From positions 1 to 19,036 of the forward strand of contig DAIUEN010000010.1 in assembly GCA_036845085.1 (NCBI GenBank): a DNA stretch of 19,036 nt, in the 5' to 3' direction. Under the pieces are notes generated by a model. It worked only from the letters and a program-made list of their open reading frames with translations. It was not told the origin of the DNA and did no database searches. Shown here one piece after another: positions 1-7,680 of the stretch (the stretch's first letter is position 1; every line of letters begins with the position of its first letter). This DNA is from Candidatus Nanopusillus sp. Lineage in GTDB: Archaea; Nanobdellota; Nanobdellia; Nanobdellales; Nanobdellaceae. The position numbers were made by a program, and so were the translations under genes.

Positions 1-403
1 TTATAGAATAGACTATTCTATTATCGTATAGATATTTTAATTTTTTAGAAAGTTCTGTATCAAAATTATAGAATTCATCTAATATTAATACTATGGGATT
101 TTTATTCTCTAATTTAAAGAATAAGAACTTTTTATATTTTCTTTCTTCAATAATTTTTTCTATATCTTTATTTTTGTCGAATTCACCACTTAAATAAATT
201 ATATTATATTTATCTTTTAGTTTGTCTATAACTCTAAAAGCTAAAGAAGTTTTTCCAGATCCAATTGGACCATATAATAGAAATATTTCTCCATTTTCTA
301 TAGAATATATAACTTCTTTTTCTATATCTTCAACTCCTATTAAATTTTTATTTGGCCTTATATCTAAAGGATTTTTGCTAAATCCATATTTTTTCCACCA
401 CAT
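1..403 (-). CDS. P-loop NTPase (AAA+/ExeA-like ATPase), N-terminal part only; the gene runs off the left edge
   Basis: Absent from the ORF track because there is no stop inside the window. Hand translation of the minus strand from ATG 403..401 gives MWWKKYGFSKNPLDIRPNKNLIGVEDIEKEVIYSIENGEIFLLYGPIGSGKTSLAFRVIDKLKDKYNIIYLSGEF...NPIVLILDEFYNF..., open down to position 2. Walker A is GPIGSGKTS and the Walker B-like motif is VLILDEF. The start lies 1 nt after the stop (405) of the upstream GDE gene. Confidence 0.6.
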   Translation of the reverse strand, partial: MWWKKYGFSKNPLDIRPNKNLIGVEDIEKEVIYSIENGEIFLLYGPIGSGKTSLAFRVIDKLKDKYNIIYLSGEFDKNKDIEKIIEERKYKKFLFFKLENKNPIVLILDEFYNFDTELSKKLKYLYDNRIVYSI

Positions 404-404
404 C

Positions 405-2039
405 TTATATCTTATTTATTGTTTTAAATAGTTCTAAATACGTAGCAATAGACCATAATTGATGTATAGCACCATTTATAGATCTTTTTATAGCTGAAGA
501 TCTTTCAGGTAAAGTTCCTATATCATTAATATATTCTTCATCAGCTTCAATTATTTTTTCTATATATCTTTGATATTTATCTTTATTTACATCATATAAA
601 GCCATTGCTGTTATATTGTTAATAAATATCCAAGAATCTCCATTATGCATAGATTTTCCATTATTGTTAAAGTAATTATCTTCATTAGATTCTGGTATAA
701 ATCTTTTGTCCATTTTTGATATAGAAGAAACACCACCCCAATAAAGATATAAATGATTTAGTGCATAATCGAATATTTTTTCCCATTCAAACTTGGAAAA
801 TACATTAGGATAATAGTAGTATGATAAAAATATATTACATCTTATTGTTTTTGTATTCAAATCATCATATAAAGAAAAATCGCTTAGATAGTATAATTTT
901 ATTGATAATTTTATTTTTTCCAGTTTTTCTTTATACTTATTGTCTTTTGTATATTCATATAGCCTTTCATATACATTTAGCATTAAAAATTGCAATTCTA
1001 TTGGATAATTTCTTACTAATGTATCCATCCAAGTTTCATTAGGATATGCTAAAAATAGATTATATCTTTTATCGAAATAATTTTCTTCAAAGTTTTCTAA
1101 ATTTTTTATTATTATATTAACTAGTTGATTAAATTCTTCATCACTAAATAATTCTCTAAATTCGAATAATCTTTTAACGAATAGACCAAAAGAATCGGAA
1201 TTTCCTATATTTTGATTAGTTATATTTCTTAGTCTTCCATCTGATAAAAAATAATTTGAATATTCAATAAGTTTATTTTTTACTATATCTTTTTTACCAA
1301 TTAAGTAAAATGCTGGCAAAGATATTAGGACATCTCTTGTCCATTCTTGGAAATACCATGGAAAACCAGCAGAAATCTTGTTATTTTTGACAAAGGACAA
1401 AAGCCTGCTTCTTATAAGTTTTTCTTTATTAAGTCTTTCTTCTTTGTATTTAATTTCTGGATTATCTGAAAATATAATTTTTATTTCAGAAGCTTCAAAT
1501 GTAAATGGAACATATAAATATCTTTCAAAAGGAGGAGATTTTCTATATTCATCATATTTGTAATAAACTTTTAACCATTTTTCTTCGTTTTCATAAACTT
1601 TATTAAATCCAGAAACATATAACTTAAAATTTATATCTCCTTTATTAAAATATATATTTACTTTTCCGTCTTTTATATCATAACTGTAAATTCTTCCCCA
1701 TTCATCTACATCATATATATGCCTTATGTCTAAAAATAGCTTTATTCTAGATGTTTTATCAGTTCTATATACTAATTTATGATTATATAATTCATATTCT
1801 TCCTCTCCATTTTCATATATAACTTTAATTTTATTTTCATCCATCAAATAAATTTCTTCAACTTTTTTATCTTTGAATCTTTCATTTTCTATTTTGTCTA
1901 TAACTTTCATATAATAGTCGTTGTTAGGTAGTAGTAAACCAAAATATCTGCTACTGTTATCAAATTGTAGGAATAAAAAATTATTATTGTAATTTATTAA
2001 AGCAAAATCTTTGTAGTTTAGTTTTAAGTATCCATCCAT
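405..2039 (-). CDS. Glycogen debranching enzyme, amylo-alpha-1,6-glucosidase (GDE_C family)
   Basis: 544 aa ORF with an ATG start. The motif GFPWYFQEWTRDVLISLPAF matches the GYPWF..WGRD..ISLPG signature of archaeal/bacterial GDE-type (alpha/alpha)6 glucosidases. It sits among other glycogen genes. Confidence 0.8.
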   Translation of the reverse strand: MDGYLKLNYKDFALINYNNNFLFLQFDNSSRYFGLLLPNNDYYMKVIDKIENERFKDKKVEEIYLMDENKIKVIYENGEEEYELYNHKLVYRTDKTSRIKLFLDIRHIYDVDEWGRIYSYDIKDGKVNIYFNKGDINFKLYVSGFNKVYENEEKWLKVYYKYDEYRKSPPFERYLYVPFTFEASEIKIIFSDNPEIKYKEERLNKEKLIRSRLLSFVKNNKISAGFPWYFQEWTRDVLISLPAFYLIGKKDIVKNKLIEYSNYFLSDGRLRNITNQNIGNSDSFGLFVKRLFEFRELFSDEEFNQLVNIIIKNLENFEENYFDKRYNLFLAYPNETWMDTLVRNYPIELQFLMLNVYERLYEYTKDNKYKEKLEKIKLSIKLYYLSDFSLYDDLNTKTIRCNIFLSYYYYPNVFSKFEWEKIFDYALNHLYLYWGGVSSISKMDKRFIPESNEDNYFNNNGKSMHNGDSWIFINNITAMALYDVNKDKYQRYIEKIIEADEEYINDIGTLPERSSAIKRSINGAIHQLWSIATYLELFKTINKI

Positions 2040-2060
2040 ATTGCATTATTTTCAAAAAGA

Positions 2061-2068
2061 TTTTAAAA
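2061..2068. promoter_or_regulatory. Palindromic TATA-like octamer TTTTAAAA centred in a 50-bp divergent spacer; candidate shared bidirectional promoter
   Basis: The centre (2064.5) is 25.5 nt from the first base of both divergent start codons (2039 minus, 2090 plus). That is the spacing expected for an archaeal TATA box driving leaderless mRNAs. The AT-rich background makes chance matches likely. Confidence 0.35.
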
Positions 2069-2089
2069 ATATTAATCGTTAAATTTATT

Positions 2090-3316
2090 ATGATGAAAAT
2101 TTTATTCTTAAGTTGGGGTATTTTACCTCAAAAAACTGGTGGTCTTGAGAAAGCAACGTATTATTATTTTAAATATCTTCAACAAGATAACATTGTTTTT
2201 TTAATAATACCAAATTTTTCAGATGATGTAGCTTTATTTTGGAAAAATAAATTAAAGAATGGAAAAATATATGGATTGAATATCTCTTATAAGTTCCCTT
2301 ATGTAAACTACAATGGTAGATCTATATTAAGTTATAGGAAGAATTTAATAGATTATAAATCTGCAGTAATGGAATATAAAGAGAAAGTGTTGGAACTGAT
2401 AAAAAAATTAAATATAGAATTTGATATAATCTATTGCTATGACTGGCTAACAATTCCGGCAGCAATTGAATTAAAGAAAGTATATAATAAACCATTAGTT
2501 ATACATTTTCATTCTACAGCGTATGATAGAGTTGGTGGGAGTTTAGAATCTTTGAAATATCTTGTAGATTTAGATTATGGAATAGAAATTGAGGGATGTA
2601 GGAATGCTGATAAAATTATTACTGTTAGCAATAGAGTAAAAGACATATTAATAAAATACTATAATTGTAATGGGGATAAAATAGAAGTAATATATAACGC
2701 GCCAGATGATGACTTTTCTATAAAGGAAAAAATAAAAACTTTCATTAATAGTAAATATAAAATTGTTTTGTATTTGGGAAGATTAACATTACATAAGGGA
2801 CCAGATTACTTACTAAAAGCTGCTAAAAAAGTTTTGGAAAAGAGAAAAGACGTTTTATTTGTTTTTGCAGGTACTGGAGAAATGATGGAAGATCTAATTA
2901 AATTGTCTGCAAGTCTTGGTATATCCAAAAATGTAATATTTACCGGATTTGTATCTGAAGAACAAGCTGAATTTTTATATAGTATTTCTGATATATTTGT
3001 ATTACCCTCTGTCTCCGAACCATTTGGATTAACACCATTCGAAGCTTTAAAATACCAAAACTATTTAATTATATCTAAACAAACTGGAGTGGGTGAAGTA
3101 TTGAAACATGCACTAAAAGTAGACTTTTGGGATATAAATAAAATGGCAGATTATATATTAGCATTGATAGAGTATCCTAAAATTGGAAAAATTGAGGTAG
3201 AATTATGTTTAGAGGATATAAAAACTTTATCGTGGAGAGAATCTGTTAGTAAATTACTATCTATTTTTCACAATATCTACAGAGTCATCAATACCTCTAA
3301 GGATGTTCATATATGA
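2090..3316 (+). CDS. glgA: Glycogen/starch synthase-like GT-B glycosyltransferase (archaeal GlgA type, GT5/GT4-like)
   Basis: 408 aa. The N-terminal KILFLSWGILPQKTGGLEKA carries the K-x-GGL motif of GlgA-type synthases. YDWLTIPAAIELKKVYNKPLVIHFH, GRLTLHKGPDYLLKA and PSVSEPFGLTPFEALK align by eye with Pyrococcus-type glycogen synthase. Confidence 0.7.
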   Translation: MMKILFLSWGILPQKTGGLEKATYYYFKYLQQDNIVFLIIPNFSDDVALFWKNKLKNGKIYGLNISYKFPYVNYNGRSILSYRKNLIDYKSAVMEYKEKVLELIKKLNIEFDIIYCYDWLTIPAAIELKKVYNKPLVIHFHSTAYDRVGGSLESLKYLVDLDYGIEIEGCRNADKIITVSNRVKDILIKYYNCNGDKIEVIYNAPDDDFSIKEKIKTFINSKYKIVLYLGRLTLHKGPDYLLKAAKKVLEKRKDVLFVFAGTGEMMEDLIKLSASLGISKNVIFTGFVSEEQAEFLYSISDIFVLPSVSEPFGLTPFEALKYQNYLIISKQTGVGEVLKHALKVDFWDINKMADYILALIEYPKIGKIEVELCLEDIKTLSWRESVSKLLSIFHNIYRVINTSKDVHI

Positions 3317-4432
3317 TATAAAAGCATCATATGGAGTTTCAAATGCTTCTTCTCTAAAGTATTTATGTATATCACCATCAGAATTATATTTTAAACTCAT
3401 ATAGTAGAAATTATCTGAAGTAGATAAATACCTTAATATTTTTAGTTTTTCTGGATCTCTTTTATATTTTTCAAATAATTCTTTTAAGTAATTGAATGCC
3501 TCTCTTTGTATTTCATCTCCTAGCCATGCTGATAAATCCCTTTCTATATCTGCCCAAGATATTATTTCTTTTATACTTAATTCATCTTTATAATCTAAGC
3601 TTAATGCAGCTTCAGATACTGTTAATAATTCGAAATTTTTATCTTTGTATATTAATTCAAATAATTTTTTATAAAATTCAAATATCCCTGCTTCTTTCCA
3701 TATATGTTCTCCTATTGTTTCAAAATCCATAAATAGATTAATAACTTCTCCATGTGTATTTCTTAACCAGCTATAATATTTTTCAGCAGTTAATGGATAG
3801 TGTTCCCAGAAAATATTAGTAAATCTGAATGCTATATCATCAGATAACCTATAGTTTCTTAGCAATAATCTTAAATTATTACCTCTAGCTTTATATACAT
3901 AATTTGGAGATTTCCATCCTAGGATTTTTTCTGTACCTTCTGTTAATGCAACTTGAAAACCCAAATCATATACTGTTTCTCCTATTTCATCATTATAAGT
4001 CAATTCAAAATTTCTAAAAGATTTAGGTTTAGTCCCAAATATTTCTTTAATTTTTTTTCTGTGTAGTTTTATTTGATCTATGAATTCTTCCTTATTAATT
4101 AAATATGCTAAGGAATGGTAATAAGTTTCACTGACAATTTCAACATTTCCAGTATCTACCATTTCTTGGAGTAATTCTATTATTTCAGGATGCCACATTT
4201 CTAATTGTTCTATTAATGTTCCCGTAATTGAAAAAGAAAATTTAAAATCATATTTTTTTATAGCTTCATAAAACATTTCTAAACCAGGCTTATAAGATTT
4301 ATATACTACTCTATCTAGAATTTTTTTGTTTAGATCATCATTAAAAATATCACCATTTCCGATGTCGAAAAAAGAGAAATATTTTAATCTTCTTGGCTGA
4401 TGTAAATGATAATAAAATACAAGTACTGTCAT
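3257..4432 (-). CDS. Glycoside hydrolase family 57 protein (alpha-amylase / alpha-glucan-acting; exact activity unknown)
   Basis: 391 aa. The N-terminal FYYHLHQPRRL is the GH57 HQP region. GTLIEQLEMW resembles GH57 region 2, and FMDFETIGEH resembles the HDDGEKFG acid/base region. It is short for a GH57 branching enzyme. Confidence 0.8.
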   Translation of the reverse strand: MTVLVFYYHLHQPRRLKYFSFFDIGNGDIFNDDLNKKILDRVVYKSYKPGLEMFYEAIKKYDFKFSFSITGTLIEQLEMWHPEIIELLQEMVDTGNVEIVSETYYHSLAYLINKEEFIDQIKLHRKKIKEIFGTKPKSFRNFELTYNDEIGETVYDLGFQVALTEGTEKILGWKSPNYVYKARGNNLRLLLRNYRLSDDIAFRFTNIFWEHYPLTAEKYYSWLRNTHGEVINLFMDFETIGEHIWKEAGIFEFYKKLFELIYKDKNFELLTVSEAALSLDYKDELSIKEIISWADIERDLSAWLGDEIQREAFNYLKELFEKYKRDPEKLKILRYLSTSDNFYYMSLKYNSDGDIHKYFREEAFETPYDAFISYMNILRGIDDSVDIVKNR

Positions 4433-4466
4433 AAAATTTTAATAATACAAAAAGATATAAACATTT

Positions 4467-4790
4467 ATGATGGAAATAAAAAGAGAATCTGAAGCATTCG
4501 TTACTGTTGACGGATTAAAGTTATATAATCTATTAGATTTATTAATATGGTTATATAATACCAAAGAAGAGAACTTTAAATATCATGTAGAGAAAGAAAA
4601 CCACTTTTATACATGGATATATAATTCTTTAGAGGAAAAAGAATTGGCAGAAAAAATAAAGGATATAAAAGATAGGATTGAGATGATAAAAATAATTGAA
4701 GAATATATGAAAAAATTCGAAAAAATTGATATTAAAATTGATAAAGAAATAGCAGAATCTGAATTCATAAAAGAGTATATATTAAAATGA
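4467..4790 (+). CDS. Small uncharacterized protein: N-terminal globular module plus highly charged K/E/I-rich C-terminal helix
   Basis: 107 aa with an ATG start; its stop overlaps the next start by 4 nt (ATGA). The N-terminal pattern F.T.DG.KL.NL.DL..WL......F.YHV.KENHFY.WI..SL.EKELAEKI recalls a small conserved domain I associate with alpha-glucan gene clusters (possibly DUF5752; unverified). The C-terminus KDRIEMIKIIEEYMKKFEKIDIKIDKEIAESEF looks coiled-coil. Confidence 0.6.
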   Translation: MMEIKRESEAFVTVDGLKLYNLLDLLIWLYNTKEENFKYHVEKENHFYTWIYNSLEEKELAEKIKDIKDRIEMIKIIEEYMKKFEKIDIKIDKEIAESEFIKEYILK

Positions 4791-5458
4791 TTGTATCATT
4801 TATATCTAACAAAGGAGGGGTTGGAAAAACTACATTATCGATAAATCTGGCAGCATATTTGAGGAAATTCTATGATAAAAAAGTATTATTAATAGATACA
4901 AATGGAATATACTCTGGAAGTAGATTATTTATAAGAGAATTTAAGCCTTATGGAGGTAGATTATGGAATAATATATTAATCACTCCATTTTTCCATTTAA
5001 GAATATTGGATTCAGTCCCAAATACAATTTTTGAGGACCTGAACTTTCTTAGAAGAGTATATGATTATATAATATTTGATGTATTCCAAGATAAAAATTT
5101 GATATTAAATATATCACGTTTGTCAGATATAAATTTCTTAGTAATTACCCCAGATGTTTTTTCCATATATTCTAATAAGAAACTATATGATATTTTAGAT
5201 AAAGAAAAAGTTAAAATTGTGGTGAATAAATATGACAAAAGTTTTGATATAGAAACGATAGAATATATATTCGGTACAGAAATATATGAAGTAATCCCTA
5301 TAATAAATGATGTAAAAGACTTTCAAATATACAGAGTGCCAATTCCATATTTCAATGAAAAGTCTAAAATGAATAAAAGTTTGGATAATTTAGCCTATTT
5401 ATTAACTGGAGAAAGGAAAAGAAAGAAATCCTTATTAGAAAAAATATTCGGGCTATAA
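4787..5458 (+). CDS. ParA/MinD-family P-loop ATPase (deviant Walker A)
   Basis: 223 aa. The deviant Walker A is SNKGGVGKTT with the signature lysine. The Walker A' is VLLIDTNG and the Walker B is YDYIIFDV. It overlaps its upstream neighbour by 4 nt and its downstream neighbour by 1 nt (TAATG). Confidence 0.8.
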   Translation: MIVSFISNKGGVGKTTLSINLAAYLRKFYDKKVLLIDTNGIYSGSRLFIREFKPYGGRLWNNILITPFFHLRILDSVPNTIFEDLNFLRRVYDYIIFDVFQDKNLILNISRLSDINFLVITPDVFSIYSNKKLYDILDKEKVKIVVNKYDKSFDIETIEYIFGTEIYEVIPIINDVKDFQIYRVPIPYFNEKSKMNKSLDNLAYLLTGERKRKKSLLEKIFGL

Positions 5459-7095
5459 TGAAAATATTTGAAGTTTCATGGGAAGTATGTAACAAAGTTG
5501 GTGGAATATATAAAGTAATATCTTCAAAAGCCAAATATCTAAAAGAAAAATACGGAGAAGATTATATATTAATAGGTCCATATACCAGAAATTCTGAATT
5601 TATAAAAAAAGAAACTCCATCTTTTTTGAAAGATATAGAAATTTATCTTAAAAGCTATGGAATTGAGCTACACTATGGTATATGGGACATTAATGGAAGA
5701 CCTCGAGTAATACTAATAGATTTCAAAGAATTTTTTGATAAATATAGGAATTATTGGAAATATGTTTTTTGGGAAAGATATAGAATAGATTCTTTAAATT
5801 CCGACTTTACATATGATGAACCATTTTCTTGGGGAATTGCTGTTGGTATGCTTATAGAAAAAATATTTGAAAAATTCCAAAATGAAAAGATAATATTACA
5901 TGGTCATGAATGGTTAAGCGGCTCTTCTATATTATACATACATTTAAAAAATTTACCTGTGAAAAAGATACTGACTTTACATGGTACATCTATCGGAAGG
6001 GAATTATCGGAAAGAACACTATATAATAAATCTTATCTAAATCTTATAGATCCGGATAGAGATTCTTATAGGTTAGGTATACATTATAAATATCAGCTAG
6101 AAAAAAATGCAATAATGTTTTCAGATTATGTCACTGTAGTTTCCGATGTATTGTATGAAGAAGTAGAAAAAATTTTTAAAAAGAAACCAGATAAAATAAC
6201 ATACAACTATATAGATGTAAAAGAAAAAAATTTTTATTATTATTATAGTAAATCTTTAAAGTGGTTGGAAGAGTTTTTAACCTGGTATTTTTATCCTTAT
6301 TATGATATTAGCGAAGATATTATATTTTTATATACTATTGGGAGATATGAATTTCACAACAAAGGAATAGATTTATTTATAGATCTTTTAGATTACCTAA
6401 ATAAAAATAAATTAAATATTATTGCATTTATATTTGTACCATATGAAAATTATGGAATTAATGAAGAAGTACTAAAATTATATGAAAATTACATGAATAT
6501 AAGAGAATATTTAGATGAAAATAAAAACAAAATAATTCAGAAAATATATAAAAATGAAGAAATATTAGATATAAGATATTATAGGATAGATAGTAAAACA
6601 CCACCAATTGTTACTCATAATATAAAAAGAAATTCGATAATAGAAGCATTAGAAAGATATGGATTAAATAATTCTAAAGAAAATAGCGTAAAAGTTGTTT
6701 ATGTTCCCGTATATTTGGGTAGAGATTATATATTTAATTTAGGTATAGAATATATAATTCCTTCAATGGATATAGGAATCTTTCTTTCTAGATACGAACC
6801 TTTTGGATATACTCCATTAGAATCTCTTTATAATTATACTCCAATAATATTATCTAATTATATGGGTATTAATTATTTGCTAAATAGCAAAAAGATAGAT
6901 TCAAATTGTATACTAAGAGTGGATGTAAATAATTTTGATTTAGAGAAAGAAAAAATACTTTCTTTTATAAAATTCTATAAGTCTATGTCTAGTAATGACA
7001 GAATTAACTTAAAGTTAGAGTGTTATAAAATAGCTAAACAGTTTGATTGGAAGGAAAATATTTATGAATATATAGATATTTATGAAAAAATATGA
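5458..7095 (+). CDS. Glycogen synthase, GT3 (eukaryote-type) family
   Basis: 545 aa. The N-terminal KIFEVSWEVCNKVGGIYKVISSKAKYL closely matches the animal/fungal glycogen synthase N-terminus (FEVAWEVANKVGGIYTV..TKA). GHEWLSG and SRYEPFGYTPLES match the HEW and YEPWGYTP catalytic-region motifs. Confidence 0.8.
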   Translation: MKIFEVSWEVCNKVGGIYKVISSKAKYLKEKYGEDYILIGPYTRNSEFIKKETPSFLKDIEIYLKSYGIELHYGIWDINGRPRVILIDFKEFFDKYRNYWKYVFWERYRIDSLNSDFTYDEPFSWGIAVGMLIEKIFEKFQNEKIILHGHEWLSGSSILYIHLKNLPVKKILTLHGTSIGRELSERTLYNKSYLNLIDPDRDSYRLGIHYKYQLEKNAIMFSDYVTVVSDVLYEEVEKIFKKKPDKITYNYIDVKEKNFYYYYSKSLKWLEEFLTWYFYPYYDISEDIIFLYTIGRYEFHNKGIDLFIDLLDYLNKNKLNIIAFIFVPYENYGINEEVLKLYENYMNIREYLDENKNKIIQKIYKNEEILDIRYYRIDSKTPPIVTHNIKRNSIIEALERYGLNNSKENSVKVVYVPVYLGRDYIFNLGIEYIIPSMDIGIFLSRYEPFGYTPLESLYNYTPIILSNYMGINYLLNSKKIDSNCILRVDVNNFDLEKEKILSFIKFYKSMSSNDRINLKLECYKIAKQFDWKENIYEYIDIYEKI

Positions 7096-7679
7096 CACAA
7101 ACTCTAGGAAATGTATTTTTATCTGTTGCACAATTTTTCGGATTACATTATATATTTGGATTTATATTAATTTTCTCTATTACGTATGTATTTAGTACAT
7201 TAATTTTATCAAATATAAAAGGAATAGATGATAAAATTAAGAATAAGTTATCTCTCTTATTTGCTATATCTGTTGGTTTTTTTGTAATTACTTTATATGG
7301 AATTACAACTTTTTTACAATATTTCCTTAGTTTAACCACAGGTATGATATTAGTTATATTCTTCTTTATATTAGTAGTATCTATTTTTACTGGTAGAAGT
7401 TTATATGAATCAATTAATCCACAACAACCATCTACAGCTTTAAGATTATCTAATATTTTAGTAGTAATTTTGCTTATTGTTTTTGCATTTCTATCTTTAT
7501 TTTTAGCATATTTTGAATACTTCGAACAACTAAATCAAGCAAGAAGCCCTTTTTCTATATACACTTTATATGCTATGAATCCATATATATTATATATAGT
7601 ATTTTTGTTCATAATAATAGGGGTATTAATATTATTATTAAGCGCAGGGGCGGGGCCAGGAGCTGGGCAGAAAAAATAA
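7092..7679 (+). CDS. Polytopic membrane protein of unknown function with Gly/Ala/Pro tail
   Basis: 195 aa with about 5-6 hydrophobic helices. Its ATG overlaps the GT3 synthase stop (ATGA). It ends in SAGAGPGAGQKK, which is encoded by an anomalously GC-rich stretch. Confidence 0.65.
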   Translation: MTQTLGNVFLSVAQFFGLHYIFGFILIFSITYVFSTLILSNIKGIDDKIKNKLSLLFAISVGFFVITLYGITTFLQYFLSLTTGMILVIFFFILVVSIFTGRSLYESINPQQPSTALRLSNILVVILLIVFAFLSLFLAYFEYFEQLNQARSPFSIYTLYAMNPYILYIVFLFIIIGVLILLLSAGAGPGAGQKK

Positions 7680-7680
7680 A
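7670..7680 (-). terminator. Oligo-T tract directly after the SBDS stop (minus strand TTTATTTTTTC); candidate archaeal terminator
   Basis: Archaeal termination typically uses oligo-T runs. This tract is the first sequence after the last gene of the TFB-Pop5-PsmA-SBDS string. T-runs are common in this AT-rich DNA. Confidence 0.3.

Noticed and set aside
222-431. 69-aa plus-strand ORF from the track
   Set aside because: It lies antisense to the much better supported minus-strand P-loop ATPase gene (Walker A/B readable) and the GDE 3' end. The composition is low-complexity, so it is a shadow ORF.
821-1563. Plus-strand ORFs 821-1042 and 1378-1563
   Set aside because: Both are fully antisense inside the GDE gene. 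They are hydrophobic, low-complexity translations typical of shadow frames.
2090-2096. ATGATGA resembling a C box
   Set aside because: It is simply the Met-Met start of the glgA-type gene. No CUGA follows at 12-nt spacing and there is no C'/D' pair. Other in-gene UGAUGA matches (for example near 855, 1545, 3988 and 5815) also fail the spacing test.
3496-3732. 78-aa plus-strand ORF
   Set aside because: It is antisense inside the GH57 gene and has no motifs.
4787-5458. Reading the ParA-like ATPase as a BY-kinase (polysaccharide co-polymerase tyrosine kinase)
   Set aside because: The Walker A is the KGGxGKT ParA/MinD type rather than the BY-kinase type, and there is no C-terminal tyrosine cluster. 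I keep it only as a minor alternative.
7148-7339. 63-aa minus-strand ORF
   Set aside because: It is antisense inside the membrane-protein gene that is translationally coupled to the GT3 synthase.
7641-7670. GC island as a split-tRNA half or tRNA fragment
   Set aside because: There are no D-arm, anticodon-arm or T-arm sequence patterns on either strand. The flanks are AT-rich, and I found no complementary GC-rich partner in the window.
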